Assembly: GCF_041245805.1 (NCBI RefSeq)
Contig: NZ_CP162490.1
Coordinates: 347,336 to 411,335 of the forward strand
Reading direction: 5' to 3'
Length of the DNA: 64,000 bases
From: Xanthomonas tesorieronis
GTDB lineage: Bacteria > Pseudomonadota > Gammaproteobacteria > Xanthomonadales > Xanthomonadaceae
Below the pieces are notes generated by a model. The model was not told where the DNA came from and made no database searches. It saw only the letters and a program-made list of their open reading frames with translations. Shown here piece after piece: positions 9,335 through 18,779 of the stretch. Position 1 is the stretch's first letter; the number at the start of each line of letters is the position of its first letter. A program made the position numbers and the translations under genes.

Positions 9335-10303
9335 TCAGCGCTCCGACGGCCCGCTCTCGTCGTAGCCGCGCGGGGTGAACAGGTCCGGCTGGATCAGTTC
9401 GATGAAGGCGCGCGCCTGCGGCGACAGGAACTTGCCTTTGCGCACCACCACGCCATAGCTGCGCGTGGGGAAATAGTCGCCGAGCGAGCGCGTGGCCAGC
9501 TTGCCGCGGTCGGCCTCGGTGACGCAGATCGAACTGACGATGGAGATGCCCATGCCCATCGCCACGTATTGCTTGATCACCTCCCAGCCGCCCACTTCCA
9601 GCGCCACGGTGTAAGGCACCCGCGCCTGCTGGAACACCAGGTCGACCAGGCGGTAGGTCACCTGGCGCTTGGGCGGCAGGATCAGCGGATACGGCGACAG
9701 GTCGTGCAGGCTGAGCTTGGGCGTGTTCGCCAGCGGGTGGTCGCGCGGGGCGATCAGTAATTGCTCGAAGCGGTACACCGGCGCATAGCTGAGGTCGGCC
9801 GGCACGTCGAGCATCGAGCCGACCGCCAGGTCCACCGCGTCCTCGCGCAGCAGCTCGGTGCCGTCGGCGCTGATCGCGTTGTGCAGGGTCAGGCGCACGT
9901 CCGGGTGGCGCGCGCGGAAGTTCTCCACGATCTTCGGCAGCAGGTACAGGATGGTGGAACTGTTGGCGGCGATGTTGAGTTCGCCGGCATCCAGCCCGCG
10001 CGCCTTCTCGCGGAAATCGGCCTCCAGCCGGTCCAGGCTTTCCACCAGCGGCTGTGCCATTTCGTACAGCAGTTGGCCCTCGCGGCTGGGGATCAGGCGC
10101 CGCCCGCTGCGCTCCAGCAGGACCACGCCCAGCTCGCGCTCCAGCGCCTGCAGTTGCAGGGTCACCGCCGGCTGGCTGACGAACAGCGCCTCCGCCGCCC
10201 GTGAGACCGAGCCCAGGCGTACGGTCTGGCAGAACGCGCGCAGCGGCTTCAGCCGGTCGGATTTGTAAGGAAAACGCGGAGTTGCGGTGCCGCGCGTGGC
10301 CAT
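9335..10303 (-). CDS. LysR family transcriptional regulator (divergent from aceBA)
   Basis: N-terminal LysR HTH (LRAFCQTVRLGSVSRAAEALFVSQPAVTLQLQALE) and a substrate-binding domain. Confidence 0.85.
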   Translation of the reverse strand: MATRGTATPRFPYKSDRLKPLRAFCQTVRLGSVSRAAEALFVSQPAVTLQLQALERELGVVLLERSGRRLIPSREGQLLYEMAQPLVESLDRLEADFREKARGLDAGELNIAANSSTILYLLPKIVENFRARHPDVRLTLHNAISADGTELLREDAVDLAVGSMLDVPADLSYAPVYRFEQLLIAPRDHPLANTPKLSLHDLSPYPLILPPKRQVTYRLVDLVFQQARVPYTVALEVGGWEVIKQYVAMGMGISIVSSICVTEADRGKLATRSLGDYFPTRSYGVVVRKGKFLSPQARAFIELIQPDLFTPRGYDESGPSER

Positions 10304-10411
10304 GGCGTGACAAATATAAGGTGGACTTATTTAATGCATTGATAAAACTGTATTGTCAAATACATGCCGCGGAAGCACGGTGAGGGCCCGGAAACACCGA
10401 GGAACCCCACC
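10304..10411. promoter_or_regulatory. Divergent lysR/aceB promoter region with a candidate LysR box
   Basis: An AT-rich patch in otherwise GC-rich DNA. TTTAATGCATTGATAAA contains the palindrome AATGCATT in a T-N11-A-like arrangement. Confidence 0.35.
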
Positions 10412-12055
10412 ATGTCCGCCGCCGCCTTCGCCGCTTCATCCCCGTCCGCCGACCGCTCCACCCCCGGCATCACCCTGACCGCCGCCCTGGCCGGCCAGGA
10501 CGCGCTCCTGCCGCCGGCGGCGCTGGCCTTGCTGGTGTCGCTGCACCGGGCGATCGAACCCGAGCGACAGGCGCGGCTGGCAGCACGCCGCGAACGCCAG
10601 GCCTATTTCGATGGCGGCGGCCTGCCCGACTTCCGCGCCGACACCCAGGCGATCCGCGACGGCGACTGGCGTGTGGCGCCGCTGCCGGCCGCGCTGCAGG
10701 ACCGCCGCGTCGAGATCACCGGCCCGACCGATCCGAAGATGGTCATCAACGCGCTGAACTCCGGCGCCAAGGTGTACATGGCCGATTTCGAGGACTCGAC
10801 CGCGCCGACCTGGCGCAACCTGGTCGCCGGGCAGCGCGCGCTGGCCGAGGCGGTGGCTGGCACGCTGACCTTCAGCGCGCCGCCGGCGCGCGACGGCAGC
10901 CCGGGCAAGCGCTACGCGCTCAAGCCCTACGACGAACAGGCGGTGCTGATCGTGCGCCCGCGCGGTTGGCATCTGGACGAGAAGCACGTGCTGGTCGACG
11001 GCCAGCCGCTGGCCGGCGGCCTGTTCGACGCGGCGCTGTTCGCCTTCCACAACGGCCGCGCGCTGCAGGCCAAGGACCGCGGCCCGTACCTGTACCTGCC
11101 CAAGCTGCAATCGATGGAAGAGGCCGCGCTGTGGGAGGCCGCGCTGTCGCACATCGAGGCGATGCTGGGCCTGCCGCAGGGTCAGATCAAGGTCACCGTG
11201 CTGATCGAGACGCTGCCGGCGGTGTTCGAGATGGACGAAATCCTGCATGCGCTGCGCGAGCGCATCGTCGGCCTGAACTGCGGCCGCTGGGACTACATCT
11301 TTTCCTATCTGAAGACCTTCCGCCGCCACCCCGACCGGGTGCTGCCCGAGCGCGGCCAGGTGACCATGACCCAGCCGTTCCTGAAGGCGTATTCGGAACT
11401 GCTGATCCGCACCTGCCACCGCCGCGGCGCGCATGCGATGGGCGGCATGGCCGCGCAGATCCCGATCGGCCACGACGAGGCGGCCAACGAACAGGCGATG
11501 GCGCGGGTGCGCGCGGACAAGCTGCGCGAAGTCACCGCCGGTCACGACGGCACCTGGGTCGCGCATCCGGCGCTGATCCCGATCGCCCGCGCCATCTTCG
11601 ACGAACACATGCGCGCGCCGAATCAGCACGACGTGCGCCGCGAAGACGTGCAGGCCGATCGCGACACGCTGATCGCGCCGTCCGCCGGCACCATTACCCG
11701 CGCCGGCTTCGAGGGCAACATCGAAGTGTGCGTGCGCTACCTGGCGGCGTGGCTGGACGGCAACGGCTGCGTGCCGATCCACCACCTGATGGAAGACGCG
11801 GCCACTGCCGAGATCAGCCGCAGCCAGCTATGGCAGTGGTTGCACGTGGGCGGCCTGCACCTGGACGACGGCACCGCGATCGACTTCGCACTGTTCGACG
11901 CCTGCATGCGCCAGCTGCCGGCGCGCCTGGGCGAACGCGCGCTGCTGCCCGGCGGCACGCGCCTGGACGACGCCATCGCGCTGCTGGACACGCTGACCCG
12001 CAGCGACGAGCTGGCCGAATTCCTGACCTTGCCGGCTTACCAGATGATCGATTGA
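10412..12055 (+). CDS. aceB: Malate synthase A
   Basis: NCGRWDYIFS signature and the overall malate synthase A fold. The start was chosen at MSAAAF. Confidence 0.9.
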   Translation: MSAAAFAASSPSADRSTPGITLTAALAGQDALLPPAALALLVSLHRAIEPERQARLAARRERQAYFDGGGLPDFRADTQAIRDGDWRVAPLPAALQDRRVEITGPTDPKMVINALNSGAKVYMADFEDSTAPTWRNLVAGQRALAEAVAGTLTFSAPPARDGSPGKRYALKPYDEQAVLIVRPRGWHLDEKHVLVDGQPLAGGLFDAALFAFHNGRALQAKDRGPYLYLPKLQSMEEAALWEAALSHIEAMLGLPQGQIKVTVLIETLPAVFEMDEILHALRERIVGLNCGRWDYIFSYLKTFRRHPDRVLPERGQVTMTQPFLKAYSELLIRTCHRRGAHAMGGMAAQIPIGHDEAANEQAMARVRADKLREVTAGHDGTWVAHPALIPIARAIFDEHMRAPNQHDVRREDVQADRDTLIAPSAGTITRAGFEGNIEVCVRYLAAWLDGNGCVPIHHLMEDAATAEISRSQLWQWLHVGGLHLDDGTAIDFALFDACMRQLPARLGERALLPGGTRLDDAIALLDTLTRSDELAEFLTLPAYQMID

Positions 12056-12175
12056 ACGTCGGGATTGGGGAGTCGGGATTGGGGATTCGCAAGAGCGGAT
12101 TTCCATCCTTCCCCCGAGTCGACCGCAACACCTCCACCGTTTCATCGCCGTATCCATTTCCGAGGAGAACGCAAG

Positions 12176-13471
12176 ATGAGCACCACGTTGCAGACCGCCG
12201 AACAGATCCAGCACGCCTGGGATACCGATCCGCGCTGGGCGGGGATCACCCGCAACTACACCGCCGCCGACGTGGTGCGCCTGCGCGGCACCGTGCACGT
12301 GGAGCATTCGCTGGCCCGGCTCGGTGCCGAGAAGCTGTGGAAATACCTGCACGAAAAGGACTTCGTCAACGCGCTGGGCGCGCTGACCGGCAACCAGGCG
12401 ATGCAGCAGGTCAAGGCCGGACTCAATGCGATCTACCTGTCCGGCTGGCAGGTCGCCGCCGATGCCAACCTGGCCGGGCAGATGTATCCGGACCAGTCGC
12501 TGTACCCGGCCGACTCGGTGCCGGCGGTGGTCAAGCGCATCAACAACACGCTGCTGCGCGCCGACCAGCTGCACCACGCCGAAGGCAAGGACGAGATCGA
12601 CTTCCTGCAGCCGATCGTGGCCGATGCCGAGGCCGGTTTCGGCGGCGTGCTCAACGCCTTCGAACTGATGAAGGCGATGATCGAGGCCGGCGCCGCCGGC
12701 GTGCATTTCGAAGACCAGCTGGCCTCGGTGAAGAAGTGCGGGCACATGGGCGGCAAGGTGCTGGTGCCGACCCGCGAGGCGATCGAGAAGCTCAACGCCG
12801 CGCGCCTGGCCGCCGACGTGCTGGGCGTGCCGACCCTGCTGGTCGCGCGCACCGACGCCGAGGCCGCCGATCTGGTGACCAGCGACATCGACGCCAACGA
12901 CCGCCCGTTCACCACCGGCGAGCGCACCGTCGAAGGCTTCTTCAAGACCCGCAAGGGCCTGGACCAGGCGATCAGCCGCGGCCTGGCCTACGCGCCCTAT
13001 GCCGATCTGATCTGGTGCGAGACCGGCAAGCCGGACCTGGAATTCGCGCGCAAGTTCGCCGAGGCGATCCACGCCAAGTTCCCGGGCAAACTGCTGGCCT
13101 ACAACTGCTCGCCGAGCTTCAACTGGAAGAAGAACCTGGACGACGCGACCATCGCCACGTTCCAGAAGGAAATCGCGCGTTACGGCTACAAGTTCCAGTT
13201 CATCACCCTGGCCGGCTTCCACGCGCTGAACTACTCGATGTTCAATCTGGCGCACGGCTATGCGCGCCGGCAGATGAGCGCCTTCGTCGAGTTGCAGGAA
13301 GCCGAGTTCGCCGCCGCCGACCGCGGCTTCACCGCGGTCAAGCACCAGCGCGAGGTCGGCACCGGCTACTTCGACGCGGTGACCCAGGCGATCCAGCAGG
13401 GCCAGTCCTCCACCACCGCACTGAAGGGCTCGACGGAAGAAGAGCAGTTCCACGGCGAAAAGGCCGCCTGA
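12176..13471 (+). CDS. aceA: Isocitrate lyase
   Basis: KKCGHMGGK catalytic motif; 431 aa; start ATG at 12176. Confidence 0.9.
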   Translation: MSTTLQTAEQIQHAWDTDPRWAGITRNYTAADVVRLRGTVHVEHSLARLGAEKLWKYLHEKDFVNALGALTGNQAMQQVKAGLNAIYLSGWQVAADANLAGQMYPDQSLYPADSVPAVVKRINNTLLRADQLHHAEGKDEIDFLQPIVADAEAGFGGVLNAFELMKAMIEAGAAGVHFEDQLASVKKCGHMGGKVLVPTREAIEKLNAARLAADVLGVPTLLVARTDAEAADLVTSDIDANDRPFTTGERTVEGFFKTRKGLDQAISRGLAYAPYADLIWCETGKPDLEFARKFAEAIHAKFPGKLLAYNCSPSFNWKKNLDDATIATFQKEIARYGYKFQFITLAGFHALNYSMFNLAHGYARRQMSAFVELQEAEFAAADRGFTAVKHQREVGTGYFDAVTQAIQQGQSSTTALKGSTEEEQFHGEKAA

Positions 13472-13517
13472 CCTGCAGCCAGGCGTCCATTGCTTGCCGA
13501 TCCCCATGGGAGGGGAG

Positions 13518-13543
13518 AGCCCGGGTTCGCCCGGGCTTTTTTT
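13518..13543 (+). terminator. Rho-independent terminator after aceA
   Basis: GC hairpin AGCCCGGGTTCGCCCGGGCT followed by T7. Confidence 0.7.
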
Positions 13544-13760
13544 GCATGCGCGGTGGCGCGCGTGTCGGCGGCGGTCCTGTGTCTACCAGGTGCGACAGGA
13601 CAGGTGCGGCGTCGCCGTACCGTTCGGCGCCATGCCGATTTCAGGTCCTTTTGCCGTCTCCGCCCGAGCGAGATTGGCTGTGATCCCATCGGCGGCGATG
13701 CGCTCAGATGCTATGCTTTGCGCAAGATGGCGGGCGACGCCAGGAGCAGTAGGGGGCTGG

Positions 13761-14807
13761 ATGAGCTGCGACAGCGCCGCGTCCAATGCACGCGAGACAA
13801 TTCCGACGGTTGCTGTGGTTGCCCCCAAGCCCAATGAGCTGACGGTGCTGACCGCGGCGGAGTTGCGTCTGTTTTCCGAGTTCGGCCGCGCGCGCAGCGT
13901 GCGCGCCGGCGACGTGCTGTTCCGGCGCGGCGACGGCGGCAGCGCCATGTTCGTGATCAGCAGCGGCGTGATCGATCTGGATTTCGGTGAGGACCTGGTC
14001 GTCAAACATCTCGGACACGGCGAATTCTTCGGCGAACTCGGCCTGCTGATCGGCAACCACATGCGCAGCGCCGACGCCATCGCCGCCAGCGACGGAGTGC
14101 TGGTGGAACTGGACCACGACGATTTCCAGCGCCTGGTGGAGCGCGATCCGGGGCTGGTCGCCTACTTCCTGCGCCGTACCATCATGCGCGTGGTGATGAA
14201 CGAACAGACCCTGATCCGCCAGTTGCGCCGCCGCAACCACGACCTGGAAGCGGCGCTGGACAATCTGTACGCCACCACCCACCAGCTCACCCAGACCGAA
14301 GAGCTGGTGCGCACCGACGAGCTGACCGGCCTGCACAACCGCCGCGGGCTGATCCTACGGCTGCAGGAATGCCGCCGCGACGGCCGTTCGCCGGGTCCGG
14401 GCCTGCTGCTGATCGACTGCGACCGCTTCAAGCGCATCAACGACGAGCACGGCCATCTGGTCGGCGACCGCGTGCTGCAGAACGTCGCCAACATCCTGCG
14501 CTCCGTCGCCGGCCAGGACGACATCGCCTGCCGCCTCGGCGGCGACGAATTCTGCCTGCTGGTGTCCACCGGCAACGCCGACGATCTGCGCCGCATCGGC
14601 GAGTTCGTGATCGCCACGGTGCAGAACCTGCTCGGCGTGCCGCACCCGTTGCCGCACATCTGCCCGGTCAGCATCGGCATCAGCCGGGTCGATCCGCAAT
14701 CGGACTGGAACGACTGGTACGCCAATGCCGATGCCGCGCTGTACGAGGCCAAACGTCTCGGTGGCAACCGCTTGTATTGGCACGACCTCGCCTCCGGCTC
14801 GCACTGA
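13761..14807 (+). CDS. cNMP-binding domain plus GGDEF diguanylate cyclase (XC_0249-like)
   Basis: CAP-family cNMP-binding motifs (FGELGLL, RSA) are followed by GGDEF (GLHNRRG, GGDEF). The start at 13761 lies after the aceA terminator; 13698 is an alternative. Confidence 0.8.
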   Translation: MSCDSAASNARETIPTVAVVAPKPNELTVLTAAELRLFSEFGRARSVRAGDVLFRRGDGGSAMFVISSGVIDLDFGEDLVVKHLGHGEFFGELGLLIGNHMRSADAIAASDGVLVELDHDDFQRLVERDPGLVAYFLRRTIMRVVMNEQTLIRQLRRRNHDLEAALDNLYATTHQLTQTEELVRTDELTGLHNRRGLILRLQECRRDGRSPGPGLLLIDCDRFKRINDEHGHLVGDRVLQNVANILRSVAGQDDIACRLGGDEFCLLVSTGNADDLRRIGEFVIATVQNLLGVPHPLPHICPVSIGISRVDPQSDWNDWYANADAALYEAKRLGGNRLYWHDLASGSH

Positions 14808-14833
14808 GCCCACCAAGAACCCTCGAGCTGCCC

Positions 14834-17431
14834 ATGAACGACGTCCACCAGCCGCAGCCCGACGCCCCGCAACTGCGGACGCTGCTGCTGACCGACCTGT
14901 GCGATTCGATGGCGCTGGTGGAACGGCTGGGCGACACCAACGCCGCCGAGCTGTTCAAGCTGCACGACTCGCTGGTGTTGGAACTGCAACAGCGCTGGCG
15001 TGGGCGCCTGATCGACCGTTCCGACGGCCTGCTGTTGCTGTTCGAGCGGCCGATCGACGGCCTCGGTTTCGCCCTGGACTACAGCCGCGGCCTGCGCGAG
15101 TTGGGCGCGCAGCGCAACCTGGAACTGAAAGTGCGCGCCGGCCTGCACGTGGGCGAGGTGCTGACCTGGCGCAACAGCGATGCCGCGGTGCAGGTCGGCG
15201 CCAAGCCGCTGGAAGTGGAGGGCCTAGCCAAGCCGACCGCGGCGCGGCTGATGACCCTGGCCCGGCCCGGGCAGATCCTGCTGTCGGCGGTGGCCGAATC
15301 GCTGACCCACCGCGCCGCGCGCGAACTGGGCGAGCGCGGCGAGCGCCTGCTGTGGAAGTCGCACGGCCGCTGGCGCTTCAAGGGCGTGCCGACGGCGCAG
15401 GAGATCTACGAAGTCGGCGAGATCGGCAACACCCCGTTGCGCGCGCCGAAACCGACGCCGAAGGCATGGCGGGACATCCCGCTGTGGCGGCGTCCGGCGG
15501 CGCTGCTGGCCGAGGCCGGCCTGATCGCCGCGGTCGCGGTCGGCGTCTGGTTCGCCACCCGTCCGCAGCCGGCCATCGCCTTCGCCGAGCGCGACTGGGT
15601 GGTGGTGGGGGATCTGCGCAATCTGACCGGCGACACGCTCTACGACGATACGATCGAGACCGGGCTGCGCATCAGCCTGGAACAGTCGCGCTACGTCAAT
15701 GTGCTGGCCGATGCGCGCGTGCGCGAGGCGCTGAAGATGATGCAGCGCGACCCCGGCGTTGCCGTGGATCGCAAGCTCGGTGCGGAAATCGCCCAGCGCA
15801 CCGGCGCGCGCGCCTTGTTGCTGCCCACCGTTTCCGACGCGGACGGAAAGGTGCGGATCAGCATCGAAGTGGTCGATCCGGCCACGGAAGCCACGGTCGT
15901 CACCGAGTCCGCGACGGCGCGCGGCCCGGGATCGGCGGTGGCGGCGTTGGGCGAGGCCGGCGACTCGTTGCGCAAGGCGTTCGGCGAGAGCGTGGCGTCC
16001 ATCAAGAAGAGTTCGGCTCCGCTGGAGCGGGTAACCACCGACAAGCTCGATGCGCTGCGTGCGTTCTCGCTGGGCCAGAAATCATTTGCGGAGCAGAATC
16101 TGCCAGCGGCGGAAATGCAGTTCAGGCAGGCGCTGAACCTCGACCCGAACTTCGCCATGGCCAAGATCGGCCTGGCGCGCGTGGCCTACAACAAGACCGA
16201 CGTGTTCAGCGCGCAGCAGCAAATGGCCATGGCGATCGGGGATACGGGCAGGCTGACCGACCGCGAACGGCTCTATGCGATGGCGCAGATGGCGCTGTTC
16301 CGATGGGAAAAGGATTATCCCGGCAAGTGGGTCGCCCTGTCGTCCCTGTATCCGGATTATCACGTGGCCGCCTTCAATGTGGCGTCCAGCATGCGCGACG
16401 GTGCACGCTTCAAGGAGATGTTCGAATACAGCGACCGCGCTTCGGCAACGCAGGCCGTTACCCGTCCGGTCGCACTGACTTTCAGGGCGATCGCACGCTC
16501 GGCCTTGGGCAACGTGGCCGAGGCCGAACGCGACTATCTCCAGGCCGAAGCCTTGGGTTACCGCAAGAATTCCGTCGAGTTTTCGCTGATCAAGGCCGCC
16601 GAATCGAAGTTCAAGGAAGCCGACGCGATGTTGCGTCCGGTTCCCGGAGAGCCGCCATTCGCGAAGAACGAGCGCGCCGCCGCGAACCTCAACGTGATGG
16701 CCGATCAAGGCGAGTGGGACAAGGCCGCGCAGCAGGCCGACGCGCTCAGGGCTGCGGTTGCCGATCCGCATACGCCGTTCGAATGGGGCGCGCGGACCTC
16801 CGCGCTGGCGATCATGCGCCATACCTCCGACAGAAAGGCGGTTGTGCGGGAAGCGCAGACGCTGGTGACGCTGGCGGACAACGGCCTGCACAACAGCGCG
16901 GGCCGGGCGCAGGAAGCGGTGGCGAACGCGGCGCTCTATGCGGGCTATGTCGCGGCGTGCGAAGGCGATATCGCCACCGCCCAGCGTGCCTTGAAAGTGG
17001 CCAAGCCGATCGCCGACATCGCCCCCTATCCTCTGCTGAAGAATTCTTCGGCCATCGTCGAGGCCCGGATCGCGATGCGGTCGGGAAAGCCCGACGCAGC
17101 GCTGGAAATCCTGAAACCCTTCGATCAGCCCTGGGCGCTGACCTTGACCAAGGTCGAGCGGCTATCCGCCGAGGCGGCGCTGGGTCGGGATGTGGGCGAG
17201 CAACTCGCCGCCATGAAAACGGTGGCCTGGCGCGGTCGCGTCTATGCCGAATGGGCGGCCGAACGGCCGCCCGTGATCGAATCGCTGTCGTCGCTGCAGC
17301 AACTCAGCGACAAAAAACCACCCAGCCAAGGCTCGCTTCGAACTGCTTCGCCAGAAGGTCCAGATTCGCTTCGATCTCTTCCTTGCTCGGGAGATTCACG
17401 CTCTCGGGCAAAATGCTCGGATCGAGGTTGA
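14834..17431 (+). CDS. Class III nucleotide (adenylate/guanylate) cyclase domain protein with a TM segment and C-terminal TPR-like repeats (XC_0250-like)
   Basis: N-terminal CHD motif LLLTDLCDSMALVERLGD matches the FTDIVGFT box of class III cyclases, followed by a TM helix and TPR-like helical repeats. The frame stays open to 17431 and overlaps the convergent small ORF. Confidence 0.75.
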   Translation: MNDVHQPQPDAPQLRTLLLTDLCDSMALVERLGDTNAAELFKLHDSLVLELQQRWRGRLIDRSDGLLLLFERPIDGLGFALDYSRGLRELGAQRNLELKVRAGLHVGEVLTWRNSDAAVQVGAKPLEVEGLAKPTAARLMTLARPGQILLSAVAESLTHRAARELGERGERLLWKSHGRWRFKGVPTAQEIYEVGEIGNTPLRAPKPTPKAWRDIPLWRRPAALLAEAGLIAAVAVGVWFATRPQPAIAFAERDWVVVGDLRNLTGDTLYDDTIETGLRISLEQSRYVNVLADARVREALKMMQRDPGVAVDRKLGAEIAQRTGARALLLPTVSDADGKVRISIEVVDPATEATVVTESATARGPGSAVAALGEAGDSLRKAFGESVASIKKSSAPLERVTTDKLDALRAFSLGQKSFAEQNLPAAEMQFRQALNLDPNFAMAKIGLARVAYNKTDVFSAQQQMAMAIGDTGRLTDRERLYAMAQMALFRWEKDYPGKWVALSSLYPDYHVAAFNVASSMRDGARFKEMFEYSDRASATQAVTRPVALTFRAIARSALGNVAEAERDYLQAEALGYRKNSVEFSLIKAAESKFKEADAMLRPVPGEPPFAKNERAAANLNVMADQGEWDKAAQQADALRAAVADPHTPFEWGARTSALAIMRHTSDRKAVVREAQTLVTLADNGLHNSAGRAQEAVANAALYAGYVAACEGDIATAQRALKVAKPIADIAPYPLLKNSSAIVEARIAMRSGKPDAALEILKPFDQPWALTLTKVERLSAEAALGRDVGEQLAAMKTVAWRGRVYAEWAAERPPVIESLSSLQQLSDKKPPSQGSLRTASPEGPDSLRSLPCSGDSRSRAKCSDRG

Positions 17432-17540
17432 ATCCATATTCGGCGAACGCCGCGGCAGGATTCTGTTCCATGGCAGCGCGGAAGGCATCGTCGCTGGCGA
17501 GGCGTTGCAGCAGGGACCGTGCATTATCTAGTGTGGTCAT
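17304..17540 (-). CDS. Candidate RiPP precursor peptide (78 aa) with a Nif11/NHLP-like helical leader and a short hydrophobic C-terminus ending GWVVFCR
   Basis: Lies 24 nt downstream of the SagB-type dehydrogenase on the same strand. Its composition is typical of a RiPP leader (LLQRLASDDAFRAAMEQNPAAAFAEYG). Local GC is lower than the flanks. Confidence 0.55.
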   Translation of the reverse strand: MTTLDNARSLLQRLASDDAFRAAMEQNPAAAFAEYGFNLDPSILPESVNLPSKEEIEANLDLLAKQFEASLGWVVFCR

Positions 17541-17564
17541 TTAGTTTGCGCTCGTGGATGGTTT

Positions 17565-18779
17565 TTATTGCCCAAGTGATTGATGCGTCGCGATCAACGG
17601 CTTGGGATTCAAGTGTAGCGTGTTTTTCGTGGCATCAATGTTGCCGACGCCGTTGGCGCCGATCACCATCGTCGTGAGCGGGTCCAGCGACAGCAGCCGG
17701 CCTGCATCGATATCGTTGATGGCGGCCGTATAGAAGGCGCCGAGATCGCGTTCCGTCGCCAGCAGGTAGAACGTCTGGCTCAGGTGGCCGGAGTCCAGCA
17801 GCACCGCCTTGTAGGCCTTGGGGTGACGGCGGTATTTCCAATGGTGCCGATCCAGCCGCGCGACATGGAAGACGAGCGCGCTGGAGTCGGCGAAGTAGGT
17901 TTGTCCGATGGTCAGGTCGGCGGCCAGCGTTCTGGCTTCGGCCTCGGTCAGGTCGATTATCTTGACGAGCCTGTGGGCATCGGATTCGTAGTGATAGAAC
18001 CCCGGCGCCAATCCTTCCACATCGATTATCAAGGGGTATGCCTCGATCGGGTGCAACGACCCGCCGGAAGGGCTGGTGCGGCGTACGGCGACATGACCGG
18101 GTGCGATTTCCTCGGCCCCGATCGCGCCGAACGTACCGAACAGCATGCGCGACAATTCGGTCAGGGCGAGTGGGCGCGTCCGATCGAAATGCCGGGTGGT
18201 GCGCCTGGCAAGCAGGACATCGGCAACGTCGCCTTGCAGCGTTTCGGTGGGAAGCGGGACCGCACCGATCCCGTCCTCGCGCTTCGGGAAATGCGGGGGA
18301 AGCGGGCCATACGTGGCAATGTGCTTGTCCAGCCGCGCGCGCTCGGCCGCATTCCCGTGCTCGCGGCTGCCTTCGTCGCCGACCACGCCCGACCACGCGC
18401 TCATGCGGTGATAGACGCTGGCCAGCGGATGCCACCCCACGGTTTCGAGCGTCGCCTGGCCGGCCAGGATGGCGGCGCTTGTGCTGTCCGGAACGTCGCA
18501 AAGCACGATTTCGTCCGCGATCATCCTGTCGATGAAGGCGGCATCGCAATTGTGCTTTTGCATGACCTCGCCAGCTTCGGTCCAGGAATTCCCCGGAAGC
18601 GAGGCGACGATGGCCAGCGCCTCGGGCGAAAGCGGAATGCGTTTGCCGCTGAGGGGGCACAGCAGGGCGGTGGCGATGCTGGTATCGAGGACGACCGAGC
18701 CGTTGAGCAGCGCGCTGATATTGGGGAAGAGCACATCCCCGATTTCGATGATGCAGTGAAGTCTTCGGCGTAATTTCAT
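17565..18779 (-). CDS. SagB-type (McbC-like, nitroreductase-fold) peptide-maturation dehydrogenase
   Basis: ARRTTRHF (the RxSxRxF box), SPSGGSLHPIEAYPL, and KAVLLDSGHLSQTFYLLATERDLGAF, with an N-terminal extension of about 170 aa. The start was chosen at MKLRRRL; the ORF is open to 18875. Confidence 0.8.
   Translation of the reverse strand: MKLRRRLHCIIEIGDVLFPNISALLNGSVVLDTSIATALLCPLSGKRIPLSPEALAIVASLPGNSWTEAGEVMQKHNCDAAFIDRMIADEIVLCDVPDSTSAAILAGQATLETVGWHPLASVYHRMSAWSGVVGDEGSREHGNAAERARLDKHIATYGPLPPHFPKREDGIGAVPLPTETLQGDVADVLLARRTTRHFDRTRPLALTELSRMLFGTFGAIGAEEIAPGHVAVRRTSPSGGSLHPIEAYPLIIDVEGLAPGFYHYESDAHRLVKIIDLTEAEARTLAADLTIGQTYFADSSALVFHVARLDRHHWKYRRHPKAYKAVLLDSGHLSQTFYLLATERDLGAFYTAAINDIDAGRLLSLDPLTTMVIGANGVGNIDATKNTLHLNPKPLIATHQSLGQ

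Noticed and set aside
10436-13683. Long antisense and alternate-frame ORFs (449, 559 and 905 aa) across aceB and aceA
   Set aside because: Malate synthase and isocitrate lyase are unambiguous on the plus strand. The overlapping ORFs are Arg/Ala-rich artefacts.
14725-17544. 939-aa alternate-frame ORF over the cyclase/TPR gene
   Set aside because: The +1 frame reading is Arg/Gly/Ala-rich, whereas the 14834-17431 frame carries the CHD and TPR motifs.
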